64,000 nt of DNA from Phyllobates terribilis (lineage: Eukaryota), in the NCBI RefSeq assembly GCF_046119375.1, contig NW_027362761.1, positions 537,788,001 to 537,852,000 on the forward strand, in the 5' to 3' direction. The position numbers and the translations under genes were made by a program. Below the pieces are notes generated by a model. It did no database searches and was not told the DNA's origin. It worked only from the letters and a program-made list of their open reading frames with translations. Below are positions 1 through 13,580 of the stretch, piece after piece. The stretch's first letter is position 1. Every line of letters starts with the position of its first letter.

Positions 1-179
1 ACAGTAATATGGTGTCCGGCTGTAGAAGGTTGCTTCGTTTGGCCTTACAAACATCTCCCTGATCCTTTTATGATTCCTACTCTTTCTCGCTTGGATATTC
101 TGGTCGCACCATAAGAGGTTCCGGCGGCGTTCAGACTGAGCACTCGCTGTACCAACTGTTTTCCCAGAGCCTCTTACCT

Positions 180-193
180 GTTGCCATGGAAAC
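180..193. promoter_or_regulatory. RFX X-box-like motif GTTGCCATGGAAAC
   Basis: One mismatch from the palindromic X-box GTTGCCATGGCAAC. Confidence 0.4.
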
Positions 194-1332
194 CATCACA
201 GCCGTTACAAATTACAATATGACATGTGGAAAAAAGAAGAGGAAGGAAGTGGATGAATGGAAGGGGGCAAGGTGGGATGGAAGCGCGGCGGGTGTGGGAA
301 GAAGGGCCATGTCTGCTAAGCAGAGAGTGAATACATAAAGTGGATGGATACAACAAGCATGTCTGACATTACAGAAGCTGCTAAATAATGGGAAAGATCT
401 ACATTGTTCAGACTCCGTCCACCTACTCGGACACTCGTACATTATAACATCCACAATATCCGGAGATTTCCAGGTAAGGCAGCATCACACACCCATGTTT
501 CTTGGTCCGAGTACAGACTGGCCCCTGGTCTCCTGATCCGAACATACTGTAACAGCCTGAAAGCCATATATACCATAGTGGTGAGCAGGAGACCCCCGAC
601 TGGTCCGCACATCACAGTCTGTACTCGGATCATGAAACACGGATGTGGGACTCCGGCCTAAGTCTGTAACTTGTGTAGGATTTGGTTCTCAGCTGCTTGA
701 GGTAGGCACACAATACAGTTTGTTTAAAAAAAAAATGTCCACAGCAGGTTTATTGGGACTTCATAAACCGCATATGAAAAGTAAACAAAACACAGCCCTG
801 TCCAGCACAGAGTAACAAAACACCAGAACAAACAGTCCATGCAATATGGCGGGTTCACCCGCTCACAGGGAGTGTCCTTCAGTACAAACACACTGGAGGT
901 CTCCACACCTCCAGCCACAGACACTGAATGAGACACTCAGTGTCCATTTTATACACACACCCTGGGGTGGGAACATGTGAGCAGCCAATCCCTTCCATCT
1001 TATATGACTGCTCGTAAAAACCGGCCCTGATACGCCCAATTAACCCTCTCAGCACTACGTGTGCTGGAGCATGCTTTTCCCGTTTTACATCACTTGAAGC
1101 TACCAACCTCAGCGATACATATCTCCCCTCAAGGACATGTCCGGCGGCCATCTTACACTTCTTACACTTGGTATAACAAAAGCCATATATCAGCCTTATA
1201 TTGCAGTATTATGATAACGCATAGATTGCTGCCAACATGTAATGTTAACTGAAAGTTTCTAATTGTGATATCGCACCCTGTTAAAAAGAAAAACACAGCA
1301 GTAGGATCCAACTCTAACTTTCCTGAATGTTA

Positions 1333-3348
1333 TGTAGTTATATTCTTGTATATAGGGGGCAGTATTATAGTAGTTATATTCTTGTATATAGAAGCAGTAT
1401 TATAGTAGTTATATTCTTGTATATAGGGGGTAGTATTATAGTAGTTATATTCTTGTATATAGGGGGCAGTATTATAGTAGTTATATTCTTGTACATAGGG
1501 GGCAGTATTATAGTAGTTATATTCTTGTATATAGAAGCAGTATTATAGTAGTTATATTCTTGTATATAGGGGGCAGTATTATAGTAGTTATATTCTTGTA
1601 TATAGGAGCAGTATTATAGTAGTTATATTCTTGTATATAGGGGGCAGTATTATAGTAGTTATATTCTTGTATATAGAAGCAGTATTATAGTAATTATATT
1701 CTTGTATATAGGGGGCAGTATTATAGTAGTTATATTCTTGTACATAGGGGGCAGTATTATAGTAGTTATATTCTTGTATATAGAAGCAGTATTATAGTAG
1801 TTATATTCTTGTATATAGGGGGCAGTATTATAGTAGTTATATTCTTGTATATAGGAGCAGTATTATAGTAGTTATATTCTTGTATATAGGGGGCAGTATT
1901 ATAGTAGTTATATTCTTGTATATAGAAGCAGTATTATAGTAGTTATATTCTTGTACATAGGGGGCAGTATTATAGTAGTTATATTCTTGTACATAGGAGC
2001 AGTATTATAGTAGTTATATTCTTGTACATGGGGGCAGTATTATAGTAGTTATATTCTTGTACATAGGGGCAGTATTATAGTAGTTATATTCTTGTACATA
2101 GGGGGCAGTATTATAGTAGTTATATTCTTGTACATAGGTGGCAGTATTATAGTAGTTATATTCTTGTACATAGGTGGCAGTATTATAGTAGTTATATTCT
2201 TGTACATAGGGGCAGTATTATAGTAGTTATATTCTTGTACATAGGGGCAGTATTAGGCTATGTGCCCACGATGCAGAAATGCTGCATATTTTTTACGCTT
2301 CTCCCTGGCAGGAAAAACGCATGCGTTTTTTACATGCGTTTTTCCCACCAGGTAGTAGCGTTTGTCAAGCGTTTTTGCATGGATTTCTGCATGCGGGTTA
2401 TCAAGCGCTATTCCAAACGATTTTAGCATCACTTGGAAAAGTGCTTGACAACTTGTTCACACTATATAAATCCATGCAACCGGCATGGATTTATAGTAGT
2501 GTGACCAAGTTAGTTAAAAAAAAAAAAGAATAAAATGGTAAAAAATAAAAAAATAAAGATTATACTCACCTTCCGGTGTCCTCCCGGTGTTCTCTCTGCC
2601 GCGTCCGGTGTGTTGGGCGGCTCGCGGTGGTGTGAAGGACCTGCGGTGACGTCATTGAGCCATGTGATGGGTCACATGACTCAGTGACGTCATGGCAGGC
2701 CCTTCACAACAGCGGGAGCATTGCAATAGACCGGACACGGCAGAGATAACACCGGGAGGACATCAGAAGGTGAGTATAAACTTTATTTTTTATTTTAAAT
2801 TCTTTTTTTTTACAGTTTCTATGGTACCCGGGTCATAGAAACGCATAATATCCGTGTGTACAAATGTACTGACACGGATATTATGCGTTTCAATGCAAGT
2901 CAATGGCGGCGATTACGCTGCGTGTCCGCAAAATTAATGGACATGCTGCAGATTTTTGAGCACAGCATAAACGCTGCAGAAAAATCCGCAGCATGGGCAT
3001 TGACATTGCGGCTTGTCATTGGGGACCATGGGGGCGGATTACGAAGCGTTTCCCAAGCGTTTACGCTGCGGAAATTCCGCAGCATATACGCTTGTAAAAC
3101 GCTACGTGGGCACATACCCTTATAGTAGTTTTATTCTTGTACATAGGGGGCAGTATTATAGTAGTTATATTCTTGTACATAGGGGGCAGTATTATAGTAG
3201 TTTTATTCTTGTACATAGGGGGCAGTATTATAGTAGTTATATTCTTGTACATAGGGGGCAGTATTATAGTAGTTTTATTCTTGTACATAGGGGGCAGTAT
3301 TATAGTAGTTATATTCTTGTACATAGGGGGCAGTATTATAGTAGTTAT
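1333..3348 (+). repeat. 36-bp minisatellite (GTAGTTATATTCTTGTACATAGGGGGCAGTATTATA)n interrupted by a MITE at 2256-3119
   Basis: Tandem units are directly visible, and they explain the IIVVIFLYIGGS-repeat ORFs. Confidence 0.95.
2256..3119. mobile_element. PIF/Harbinger-type (Tourist-like) MITE, 864 bp
   Basis: TIRs GGCTATGTGCCCACG ... CGTGGGCACATACCC, TTA TSD at 2253-2255 and 3120-3122, internal inverted repeats around 2540-2790. Confidence 0.85.
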
Positions 3349-5285
3349 AATATTTAACTTATAGGAATATTAGCAGTTGGGTGACTATTTACTGGTGACT
3401 TTAAAGGGCTTAATTTAGAGTAGAGGAAACTTTAGACTTTACATTACACACCTTAACTAGGCAGAAACTCAGCTTGCAAAGGATTAAGAAGCTTCATGTT
3501 AACGACTTCCCTTTCAACCAATCAGTGAGCTCTGCGGCCCTAAGCAGCTTGTACCATCTACTCTGGCTGAGCCGTTGAGCTCACTGATTGGCTGAAGCTT
3601 GCTGACGTAATGTTAGTGCTGCAGACAAACAGACATGAGGAGCAGCAGGATCAGCAATGGACCCAGGGAGGACCCTTTCTTATCAAGCTATGCCTGAGGA
3701 CAGGGGTTATATGAAACAATAAAACCCTTTTACGGCAGGAGGTTATGCACTGATCTAGCAACACCTTATTGTGTTTGTCTCATTAAGACTACCCATGTCC
3801 ATTTGCCCTGTTACTTGCCAATTCTTTCTGTCCTTTGGAAAAGTTTGAACCTACTTTTTCCATTTTATTACAATGCCAGCAAAGTGTCCATCTGAACCTT
3901 ATACCAAACTTAACCCCATCTTTCTAATTTCAGCCTTCTGCTGAGTAGAAGGCCCCTGGGTGTCTGTATCTTCTGTGCTATATAAACTCTGCAGAAGCTC
4001 ATCATGTGATTTATCTATTTTAAATAAACCCAAACGCTATTATCTTGCAGATATGGGTTAATCTGAATGTTAATATTGTTACATTGCTGTCCTGCTGCCT
4101 TACTGAAAGTGCAGCTACTGGGAAAAAAATTTCTATTGATCCCAGGATCCGCCGGATGATTTCAGTCATTGCTCAGTACACAATTAGCAGAATTAGTAAA
4201 CACAACCCTTTAATTGACAGCTTGCTGTGCAGCGCATGTGTTCAGAACAAGCGGTCAATCATAGTGCCAGGGCATGCTTACAGTCGCCACTCAGAATGTT
4301 GTGAGTTTTGACTGTAGCCGCTTCAAGCACACCTCTATGACTGAAAGCCGGCAGCTCCTGTGAGAAACAAAGTTTATTTTCTCCCAGTAGCTGAGATTTC
4401 AGTGTGGTGGCCAAACAGCATTGTAATGCTATTAACCACTATATCTGCAGGATAAAGTATTAGCGAACAACATGACAGGTTCCCTTTAACGTTACATTCT
4501 CCTCTGCACAGAGGCTGGGCAACATTTGGCGCATGCTCAGAAACAGGAGTGGTTATTGTTGGTTACATGTGAACTTAAATGTGAACAAGCCAAATAGAGC
4601 CAATGCAACTCATGTAATTACCTCCGCCTGCATCAGATCCCAGTGAAAGCAATCAGTTTTGCGAGAAAAGCGGTGTCAGACAGGTGCATGCCTAACTGCG
4701 AAGGGCCCATCACATGCCAGAAAAGGGGTACAGGATGCCCGCATCTCTTCTCATGGCCTAATGGAGATAAAAAACGAGCGCTGAACTCTGCTTTTATTCG
4801 CCCCAATGACACCAATTGAAACAGCAGTTCTAGTTATCATGGGGTCCACGTAGGGGGACCTCCAGATATCATGACTAGGTGATAAATTCCTATTATGGGA
4901 ACACCCCTTTAAGCAGGATTTTAATTTTCAGGACAAATAACTGTATGAACTGTATACAAGCTCAAGGGGTCTCGTATATCCAGCTGTCTCCTTAGGGGAC
5001 CACGGTTACCTGATCAGCTGTCTGGCAATCAGAACGAGCTGTCTCTTCAGATCATCCGCTAAGACCTGAAATAGCATCAGACAGAGGTTTGGAGGGAGAT
5101 GAGGACACAGACAAATTAGGCAGGTTGAAATGAGGACGGGAGACGTATTAAATCCACCCACACAGTAACACAGCTGGTACAGTACATAGGCGCGTTCTTC
5201 ACAGCCCAAACTGACAGTATATAAAGGGTTTATCTATATGTGTCACTCAGACATCAGCTCATAGTGCATACCCTCATATCACCAT

Positions 5286-5862
5286 ACTAGATGGTGGCCC
5301 GATTCTAACGCATCGGGTATTGTAGAATATGTATGCGGCCGACCGGGCGCGACTAATCAGCGAAGCAGTGTGTAAATGGGTTGTGCACTACTTTAAATTA
5401 ACCCCCCAATGTATCCCCCCCGGGGCCCCTAATGAATTTTGTAATTACGTCATGTTGTCAATACTGCTTGTGACAACATCGCTGACCACGCACAGCCAGC
5501 ACGTAATTCCCCCGGCTGCAGCCGGCTCTTGCTTCCGCTTACATCACGACTATTTGCGGCTGCAGCCGGGGGTCTCCTGTCCCGCGTACCACGGTGAATG
5601 AAACGTGACAGAAGTACGTCACACTGTGACTGACAGAACGTGTTCACTGAACGTGACAGAAGTACATCACACACTGTGACTGACAAAACATGTTCAGTGC
5701 GTCATGTGGGTGAGTCACATGACCACATGGGCGGAGTCAGCCCTGCTATCTCCCGACTTGTTCTGAAATCCCGCGTCGCTAACTGGCCGCGGCCGGACCA
5801 ATCAGTGATGCGGGATTTCCTGGATGGACAGACAGACGGGATAAGCCGATTATATAGTAGAT
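5286..5862 (+). mobile_element. Non-autonomous Helitron-like element
   Basis: Starts ACTAGATGGTGGCCCGATTCTAACGCATCGGG and ends with (CAGA)n then ...TATATAGTAGAT. No TIR or TSD seen. The architecture resembles remembered Lep1-type Helitron derivatives. Confidence 0.45.
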
Positions 5863-5877
5863 AAGCACCTCATCACC

Positions 5878-6009
5878 AAATGGCCAGTACACTTCCATAT
5901 AACTTCATATATACCTATATAACCTCATATACCAATATAACCAGTACACCTCCATATAACCTCATATATACCTGTATAATCAGTATACCTCCATATAACC
6001 TTATATATA
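5878..6009 (+). repeat. Degenerate minisatellite (AACCTCATATATACCTATATAACCAGTACACCTCCATAT-like), resuming at 9670-9735; another patch at 11075-11230
   Basis: Repeated ATAACCAGTACACCTCCATAT motifs. Confidence 0.8.
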
Positions 6010-7330
6010 CAGTACAGACCAAAAGTTTGGACACACCTTCTCATTTAAAGATTTTTCTGTATTTTCATGACTATGAAAATTGTACATTCACACTGAAGGC
6101 ATCAAAACTATGAATTAACACATGTGGAATTATATACTTAACAAAAAAGTGTGAAACAACTGAAAATATGTCTTATATTCTAGGTTCTTCAAAGTAGCCA
6201 CCTTTTGCTTTGATGACTGCTTTGCACACTCTTGGCATTCTCTTGATGAGCTTCAAGGGGTAGTCACCAGAAATGGTTTGCTGTGTCTGTCAGCGTAGTG
6301 TCCAGAGGCTGGAGGTGCTACCAGGAGACAGGCCAGTACACCAGGAGACGTGGAGGGGGCCGTAAGAGGGCAACAACCCAGCAGCAGGACCGCTACCTCC
6401 ACCTTTGTGCAAGGAGGAACAGGAGGAGCACTGCCAGAGCCCTGCAAAATGACCTCCAGCAGGCCACAAATGAGCATGCGTCTGCACAAACGGTTAGAAA
6501 CCGACTCCATGAGAGTGGTATGAGGGCCCGACGTCCACAGATGGGGGTTGTGCTCACAGCCCAACACCGTGCAGGACACTTGGCATTTGCCACAGAACAC
6601 CAGGATTGGCAAAGTCGCCACTGGCGCCCTGTGCTCTTCACAGATGAAAGCAGGTTCACACTGAGCACATGTGACAGACGTGGCAAGAGTCTGCTGACGC
6701 CGTGGAGAGCGATCTGCTGCCTGCAACATCCTTCAGCATGACCGGTTTGGCAGTGGGTCAGTAATGGTGTGGGGTGGCATTTCTTTGGAGGGCCGCACAG
6801 CCCTCCATGTGCTCGCCAGAGGTAGCCTGACTGCCATTAGGTACCGAGATGAGATCCTCAGACCCCTTGTGAGACCATATGCTGGTGCGGTTGGCCCTGG
6901 GTTCCTCCTAATGCAGGACAATGCCAGACCTCATGTGGCTGGAGTGTGTCAGCAGTTCCTGCAAGATGAAGGCATTGAAGCTATGGACTGGCCCGCCCGT
7001 TCCCCAGACCTGAATCCGACTGAGCACATCTGGGACATCATGTCTCGCTCCATCCACCAACGTCACGTTGCACCACAGACTGTCCAGGAGTTGGCGGGTG
7101 CTTTAGTCCAGGTCTGGGAGGAGATCCCACAGGAGACCATCCGCAACCTCATCAGGAGCATGCCCAGCCATTGTAGGGAGGTCATACAGGCACGTGGAGG
7201 CCACACACAGTACTGAGCCTCATTTTGACTTGTTTTAAGGACATTACATCAAAGTTGGATCAGCCTGTAGTGTGTTTTTCCACTTTAATTTTGGGGATGA
7301 CTCCAAATCCAGGCCCCCATTGGTTAATAA
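6010..7330 (+). mobile_element. Decayed Tc1/mariner (DD34E) element, + strand, with frameshifted transposase at 6283-7216
   Basis: Left TIR CAGTACAGACCAAAAGTTTGGACACACC after TA. Motifs [21 protein letters not shown] and SPDLNPTEH, with 34 residues between the second D and the E. Frameshift near 6685 and no right TIR. Confidence 0.92.
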
Positions 7331-7334
7331 ATTT

Positions 7335-8250
7335 ACCAAACGCGACGTGGCGTCCGCTCTCAATTCCAGCCAATTTTGCATTCAAAAAGTCACATGGTGC
7401 TCCTTCCCTTCTGAACCCTGCCGAGTGGCCAAACAGTGTATTTTCCCCACATATGGGATATCGACGTACTCAGGAGAAATTGAACAACAGTTTTTGGGGT
7501 CCATTTTCTCCTCTTACCTTTGTGAAAATAAAGAATTTGGGGCTAAAAGATCATTTTTGTGGGAAAAATGTGAAAATTTTATTTTTACGGCTCAATGTAA
7601 TAAACTTCTGTGAAGCACCTGGGGGTTCAAGGGGTTCACCACACATCTAGATAAGTTCCTTGAGGGGTCTAGTTTCCAAAATGATGTCACTTGTAGGGCT
7701 TTCCACTGTTAGTCACAACAGGGGCTCCCCAAATGCGACATGGCATCCGCTAATTATTCAAGCAAATTTTACATTCAAAAAGTCAAATGGCACTTCTTTC
7801 CTTCCAAGCTCTGCCGTGTGCCCAAACAGTGTTTTTACCCCACATATGGGGTATCTGTGTGCTCAGGAAAAATTGCACAACATGTTGCGAAAATAAAAAA
7901 AAATTGGTCTAAAGCAACATTTTTGTGAAAAAAAAAAAATTCATTTTTTCTTCCACATTCCAAAAATTCCTGTGAAGCACCTGAAGGGTTAATAGACTTC
8001 TTAAATGTGACTGAGCACCTTGAGGGGTGCAGTTTTTAGAATGGTGTCATTTTTGGGTATTTTCTGTCATAGAGACCCCTCAAAATCACTTCAAATGTGA
8101 TGTGGTCCCTAAAAAAAAAAAAAAAAAGGCTTTGTAAATTGTTGGAAAAATGAGAAATCGCTGGTCAACTTCCTAACAAAAAAACAACAACACTTTGGTT
8201 CCAAAATTGTGCTGATGTAAAATAGACATGTGGGAAATGTTATTTATTTA
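7335..8250. mobile_element. Fragment of an anuran interspersed DNA-transposon-like repeat with an internal duplication of about 390 bp period
   Basis: CATTCAAAAAGTCA...CCCCACATATGGG recurs near 7380 and 7772. Family not determined. Confidence 0.5.
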
Positions 8251-9669
8251 CTAGATTGTGTGACATATCTCTCTCTGATTTAAGGGCATGTGGTAGTTGT
8301 GGATGAGGTTCTTTAATTTCTCAAATGGTAGAGCAGCCCATTCGTCTTGGCAAAAAGCCTCCAGTTCCTGTAAATTCCTGGGCTGTCTAGCATGAACTGG
8401 GCGCTTGTGATCTCCCCAGAGTGGCTCAATGATATTGAGGTCAGGAAACTGAGATGGCCAATCCAGAACCTTCACTTTGTTCTGCTGTAGCCAATGACAG
8501 GTCGACTTGGCCTTGTGTTTTGTATCTTTGTCATGTTGGAACATCCAAGTACGTCCCATGCGCAGCTTCCGGGCTGATGAGGGCAAATTTGCTTCCGGTA
8601 TTTGCTGATAACGTGCTGCATTCATCTTTCCTTCAACTCTTACCAAGTTTCCTGTGCCTTTGTAGCTCACACATTCCCCAAAACATCAGCGATCCACCTC
8701 TGTGCTTTACAGTAGGAATAGTCTTCCTTTCATCATAGGCCTTATTGACCTCTCTCCAAATGTAACGTTTATGGCTGTGGCCAAGAAGATCAATTTTGGT
8801 CTCATCACTCCAAATTACCTTGTACCAGAAGTTTTGAGGCTTGTCTCTGTGCTGTTAGGCGTATTGTAGGCTAGATACTTTGTGGCATTTGCGCAGTAAT
8901 GACTTTCTTCTAGCGACTCGACCATGCAGCCCATTTTTCTTCAAGGGCCTCTTTATTGTGCATCTTGAAACAGCCACATCGCTAGTTTTCAGAGAGTCCG
9001 GAATTACAGCTGATGTTATTTGTGGGTTTTTCTTTGCATCCCAAACAATTTTCCTGGCAGTTGTGGCTGAAATTTTTGTTGGTCTACCTGACCGTGGTTT
9101 AGTTTTTACAGAGCCCCTGATTTTCCATTTGTTAATCACAGTTTGAACACTGCTGACTGGCATTATCAATTCCTAGGATATCTTTTTGTATCCCTTTCCT
9201 GTGTTATACAGTTCAACTACCTTTTCTCGTAGATCCGTTGACAATTCTTTTGCTTTCACCATAACTCACAATCCAGAAATGTCAGTGGTTGGATTAAAGA
9301 TGCAAGAGTCTTTCTGGATCCCAGAAACTCACTCAGCTTTTATGCACACACACTGATTACAAGCAAACAGGTCACAGGTGAGGATGTTACCTTTAGTAGC
9401 CATTCAAACCCATTTGTGTCAAATTCTGTGCATGTTATCAGGCCAAAATCACCAGGGCATGTGAACCTTTGATCAGGATCATTTGGATGTTTTTGGTTGT
9501 CATTAAGATTTAAAAAGAGAAAACACAGTAGTTTGACAATAAATGGTTTCACCGACCAATAACCATGAGTGGAGAAAAAAAAAGTTTTTTTGTTATCATT
9601 CATATTCTCTGAAACAAGGCCAAGAAAGCAAAAATTCTGCTGGGGTATGTAAACTTTTGAGCACAGCTG
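8251..9669 (-). mobile_element. Decayed Tc1 (DD34E, IR/DR-type) element, - strand; transposase pseudogene starting at ATG 9262
   Basis: MVKAKELSTDLREKVVELY...GYKKIS* start, RSGRPTKIS, ARRK, FQHDKD...PDLNIIE (DD34E). TIR CAGCTGTGCTCAAAAGTTTACATACCCC next to TA at 9670, inner repeat near 9457. Confidence 0.92.
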
Positions 9670-12159
9670 TACCTATATAACCAGTATACCTCCATATAAC
9701 CTCATATATACCTATATAACCAGTACACCTCTCATGGAAAATATTAAAAATCTCTCTCTCCCTCCAAACCCCTCTTCCCCCCTCCCCTATACCATTGTCA
9801 AAGGAGAAGAGCTTGCAATCTAGAAAGCTGCTTCTATGCAAATGGCAGTACACACAAGAAGTGGCAAACTTAATTATCCAGGCTAATTACCATACCAAAT
9901 GGAGCTCCTGGGAAAGAAGACATGTGTGACAAATAGACACCTTTGAACATATGGACCAGAGATTGAAAGAGACAGGAAACATCTCGTTAAGGCTTCAAAG
10001 GGAAACTATCACACTCCGTACAATAGTCAGGCCCTTCTCATTTGCACACTCCTTTAATCACCAGACATCAGGCAGACACTTAAGCACCAAAATGAAATAT
10101 GGAATATTGGAAGTTCTATAATTCCGATTGTGATGGGACACATTTTTAGTAGCGGGGCTAACTAAGGAACAGTACGCATATTTTTCCATATCTGAGCCCC
10201 ACCGGTGAGCTGTAGCGAAAGAGGGCAAACATAACAGACAGCAGTCATGTTATGTTTGGTCTCTAAAGAAAGGTAAAAATTGCAATAAAGAATATGGCAT
10301 CACTTGCTAACTTTTGCGATCCTTGAGGGAGGAAATATCGCATAAAGTAGAGATTTAATAAAACCATGAAGGGCGGAGACCAGCCCATGTGAGGTCATCA
10401 CAGGGCAGTGTGTGGGCAAGGCCCCCTTCGGCATAAAAGGTCAAGCCGAATATTGATCTATGCTCATGCTGTGAGATACATTTGTGTAAGCAGGGGTGTC
10501 ACTCCATAACGGTCCATTGGAGTGCTTCCCTCCAGCTAAACTGTATAGTCTCTGTGATTGGTATAGTACGTTTCTTCTGTTAATCCCTTTTTTATTTTGA
10601 GTAACTGTATATGCGGTATTGTTTTGTCCCCCTTTGTAAAATCTTTTGCATATTTTTTCATAAACACTGCCCCCCTTTGGATAAAATATAAAATGTAATA
10701 GTTCTGCTTCTTCTGTTCTGTAATCGTTCCTCCCCCGAAGCCACACGCTACCTATAAAGGCGTCCAATCAGGCCTGTATTTTAAAAGTGATTGGTAGTGG
10801 CAGCAAATAATCTTTTTGGGGTTATCGTGAAGCTAGCAGTGATTGTACGACGGTATATACATATATTCCATGTGTTGGAAGGAAGTGTGTATACCAGGTG
10901 CTCACTTTCATCTTTCCAATAACTAATAAGTGCGAACAGTCTGTGGTCCACTCAATTGATCGTGGGCAAATCGTGCAATTGTCCGGACAATAGGGGGCGG
11001 CAGAGAGCTGTTCACTCCAGAGATCATAGTGGGTGGTCTCTGAGTTATTAAGATCGTGTGTGAATCCCTGACAACCTCCATATAACCTCATACACCTTTA
11101 TATAACCAGTACACCTCCATATAAGCTCATATATACCTATATAACCAGTACACCTCCATATAACCAGTACACCTCCGTATAAGCTCATACACCTCTACAT
11201 AAATCATCATGTCTCCACATAACCAGTATAATATCACACCCTGATGTGTCTCTATTAGCGACTATCTGTACCGACCTTGCACACATGTGTAATTTCCTTG
11301 CGGGCCGTGGTTACACAGTGATGCCGGCAGTCAGCGGCCATAGTTACCATGGAGATCAGTGAATGACTCCCCGCACGTTATTCACCGCTCGCCTTTATCC
11401 GGCATTTCACTCATTGTCACTTAGTGGGATCACGTATAACTTGTTATCGTGCTTCGTTAATCCCACATGTGACATCCCACTGTTGTGGGGGAAACTTCAC
11501 CAGCCTGACATCAGCAAATGACACAATTCTCCTGTTTAGCATATTTCTCATCCTTCTCCTGCAGATACAGCAGTGAGTCACCCCCCGATTATCACCTCCA
11601 GTGCTGGAAACATGTACCGGCGTTGCTACAGTAAGGCTACACTTACACTGGAAAATAATCGCCAAACGAGCGTTCATGATCATCTCGCCGTGTAAACAGG
11701 CTGCCGATCATCCGATGAACAAGCACAAGGCTCATGTATCACGGGACCTGATCCTTTGCGCTTCAACAATGGCAGCCTATGCCGACTGAGGGATTTATTA
11801 GATTGCGGTGCGCACTGTTTGCCGTAGTCTGCTGCCTGTGTAAACCTGACATCTAGTCAGAATGTGGCCAGAAATATGTAAATCACATACTTGCAGTCAC
11901 ATGACCACTAACTCCCGCAACGAAGAATCCTCACAGCGTGCAATGTGCGCAATATGAGGATTCACAAGTCTGCAGTCACTATAGATCTGTACCCCAAGTC
12001 TGGACAACCCCTTTAACATAAAATACTGAATGTATCATTGACCATAAGACACCAAATGCTACATGGACCATAGACCACAAATGTGATCTGTACCAATGGA
12101 CATCACAAATCAAATACTGAATGTGCTCCCAACCATCAGACAAATACTTAAAGAAGCGC

Positions 12160-13580
12160 TGACCACCACATACGCCATGCACCATTGACCACCACGACCA
12201 CACACCGTGCACCACTGACCACCACGACCACACTCCATGCACCGCTGACCACCACGACCACACGCCATGCAAAGCTGACCACCACAACCACACGCCATGC
12301 ACCGCTGACCACCACGACCACACGCCATGCACCGCTGACCACCGCGACCACACGCCATGCACCGCTGACCACCACGACCACACGCCATGCACCGCTGACC
12401 ACCGCGACCACACGCCATGCACCGCTGACCACCGCGACCACACGCCATGCACCGCGACCACACGCCATGCACCGCTGACCACCACAACCACACGCCATGC
12501 ACCGCTGACCACCACGACCACACGCCATGCACCGCTGACCACCACGACCACACGCCATGCACCGCTGACCACCACGACCACACGCCATGCACCGCTGACC
12601 ACCGCGACCACACGCCATGCACCGCTGACCACCGCGACCACACGCCATGCACCGCGACCACACGCCATGCACCGCTGACCACCGCGACCACACGCCATGC
12701 ACCGCTGACCACCACAACCACATGCCATGCACCGCTGACCACCACGACCACACGCCATGCACCGCTGACCACCATGACCACACGCCATGCACCGCTGACC
12801 ACCATGACCACACGCCATGCAAAGCTGACCACCACAACCACACGCCATGCACCGCTGACCACCGCGACCACACGCCATGCACCGCGACCACACGCCATGC
12901 ACCGCTGACCACACGCCATGCACCGCTGACCACCAAGACCACACTCCATGCACCGCTGACCACCATGACCACACGCCATGCAAAGCTGACCACCACAACC
13001 ACACGCCATGCACCGCTGACCACCGCGACCACACGCCATGCACCGCGACCACACGCCATGCACCGCTGACCACACGCCATGCACCGCTGACCACCACAAC
13101 CACACGCCATGCACCGCTGACCACCACGACCACACGCCATGCACCGCTGACCACCACGACCACACGCCATGCACCGCTGACCACCACGACCACACGCCAT
13201 GCACCGCTGACCACCACGACCACACGCCATGCACCGCTGACCACCACGACCACACGCCATGCACCGCTGACCACACGCCATGCACCGCTGACCACCGCGA
13301 CCACACGCCATGCACCGCTGACCACCGCGACCACACGCCATGCACCACTGACCACCGCAACCACACGCCATGCACCACTGACCACCGCGACCACACGCCA
13401 TGCACCGCTGACCACCACAACCACACGCCATGCACCGCTGACCACCGCGACCACACGCCATGCACCGCTGACCACCACGACCACACGCCATGCACCGCTG
13501 ACCACCACGACCACACGCCATGCACCGCTGACCACTACGACCACACGCCATGCAAAGCTGACCACCACGACCACACACAC
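12160..13580 (+). repeat. 30-bp minisatellite (ACCACCACGACCACACGCCATGCACCGCTG)n with internal deletion variants
   Basis: Tandem units are visible and account for the long repetitive ORFs on both strands. Confidence 0.95.

Noticed and set aside
22-140. TM-like frame KVASFGLTNISLILL*FLLFLAWIFWSHHKRFRRR
   Set aside because: In-frame TGA at 71-73 and weak splice sites. It cannot be assessed at the window edge.
178-312. Resemblance of LPLLFSTCHIVICNGCDGFH to FANCG exon 3 or a PHD finger
   Set aside because: Only a few residues match, the exon phase differs from what I recall for FANCG, and the PHD ligand pattern is incomplete. The end of the segment is explained by the X-box sequence.
1327-3364. 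IIVVIFLYIGGS / MYKNITTIILPP repeat ORFs (also at 40165-40780 and 46614-46808)
   Set aside because: Translations of the 36-bp minisatellite.
4622-4760. Minus-strand exon-like segment with donor GAG|gtaatt
   Set aside because: All frames from the available acceptors contain stops.
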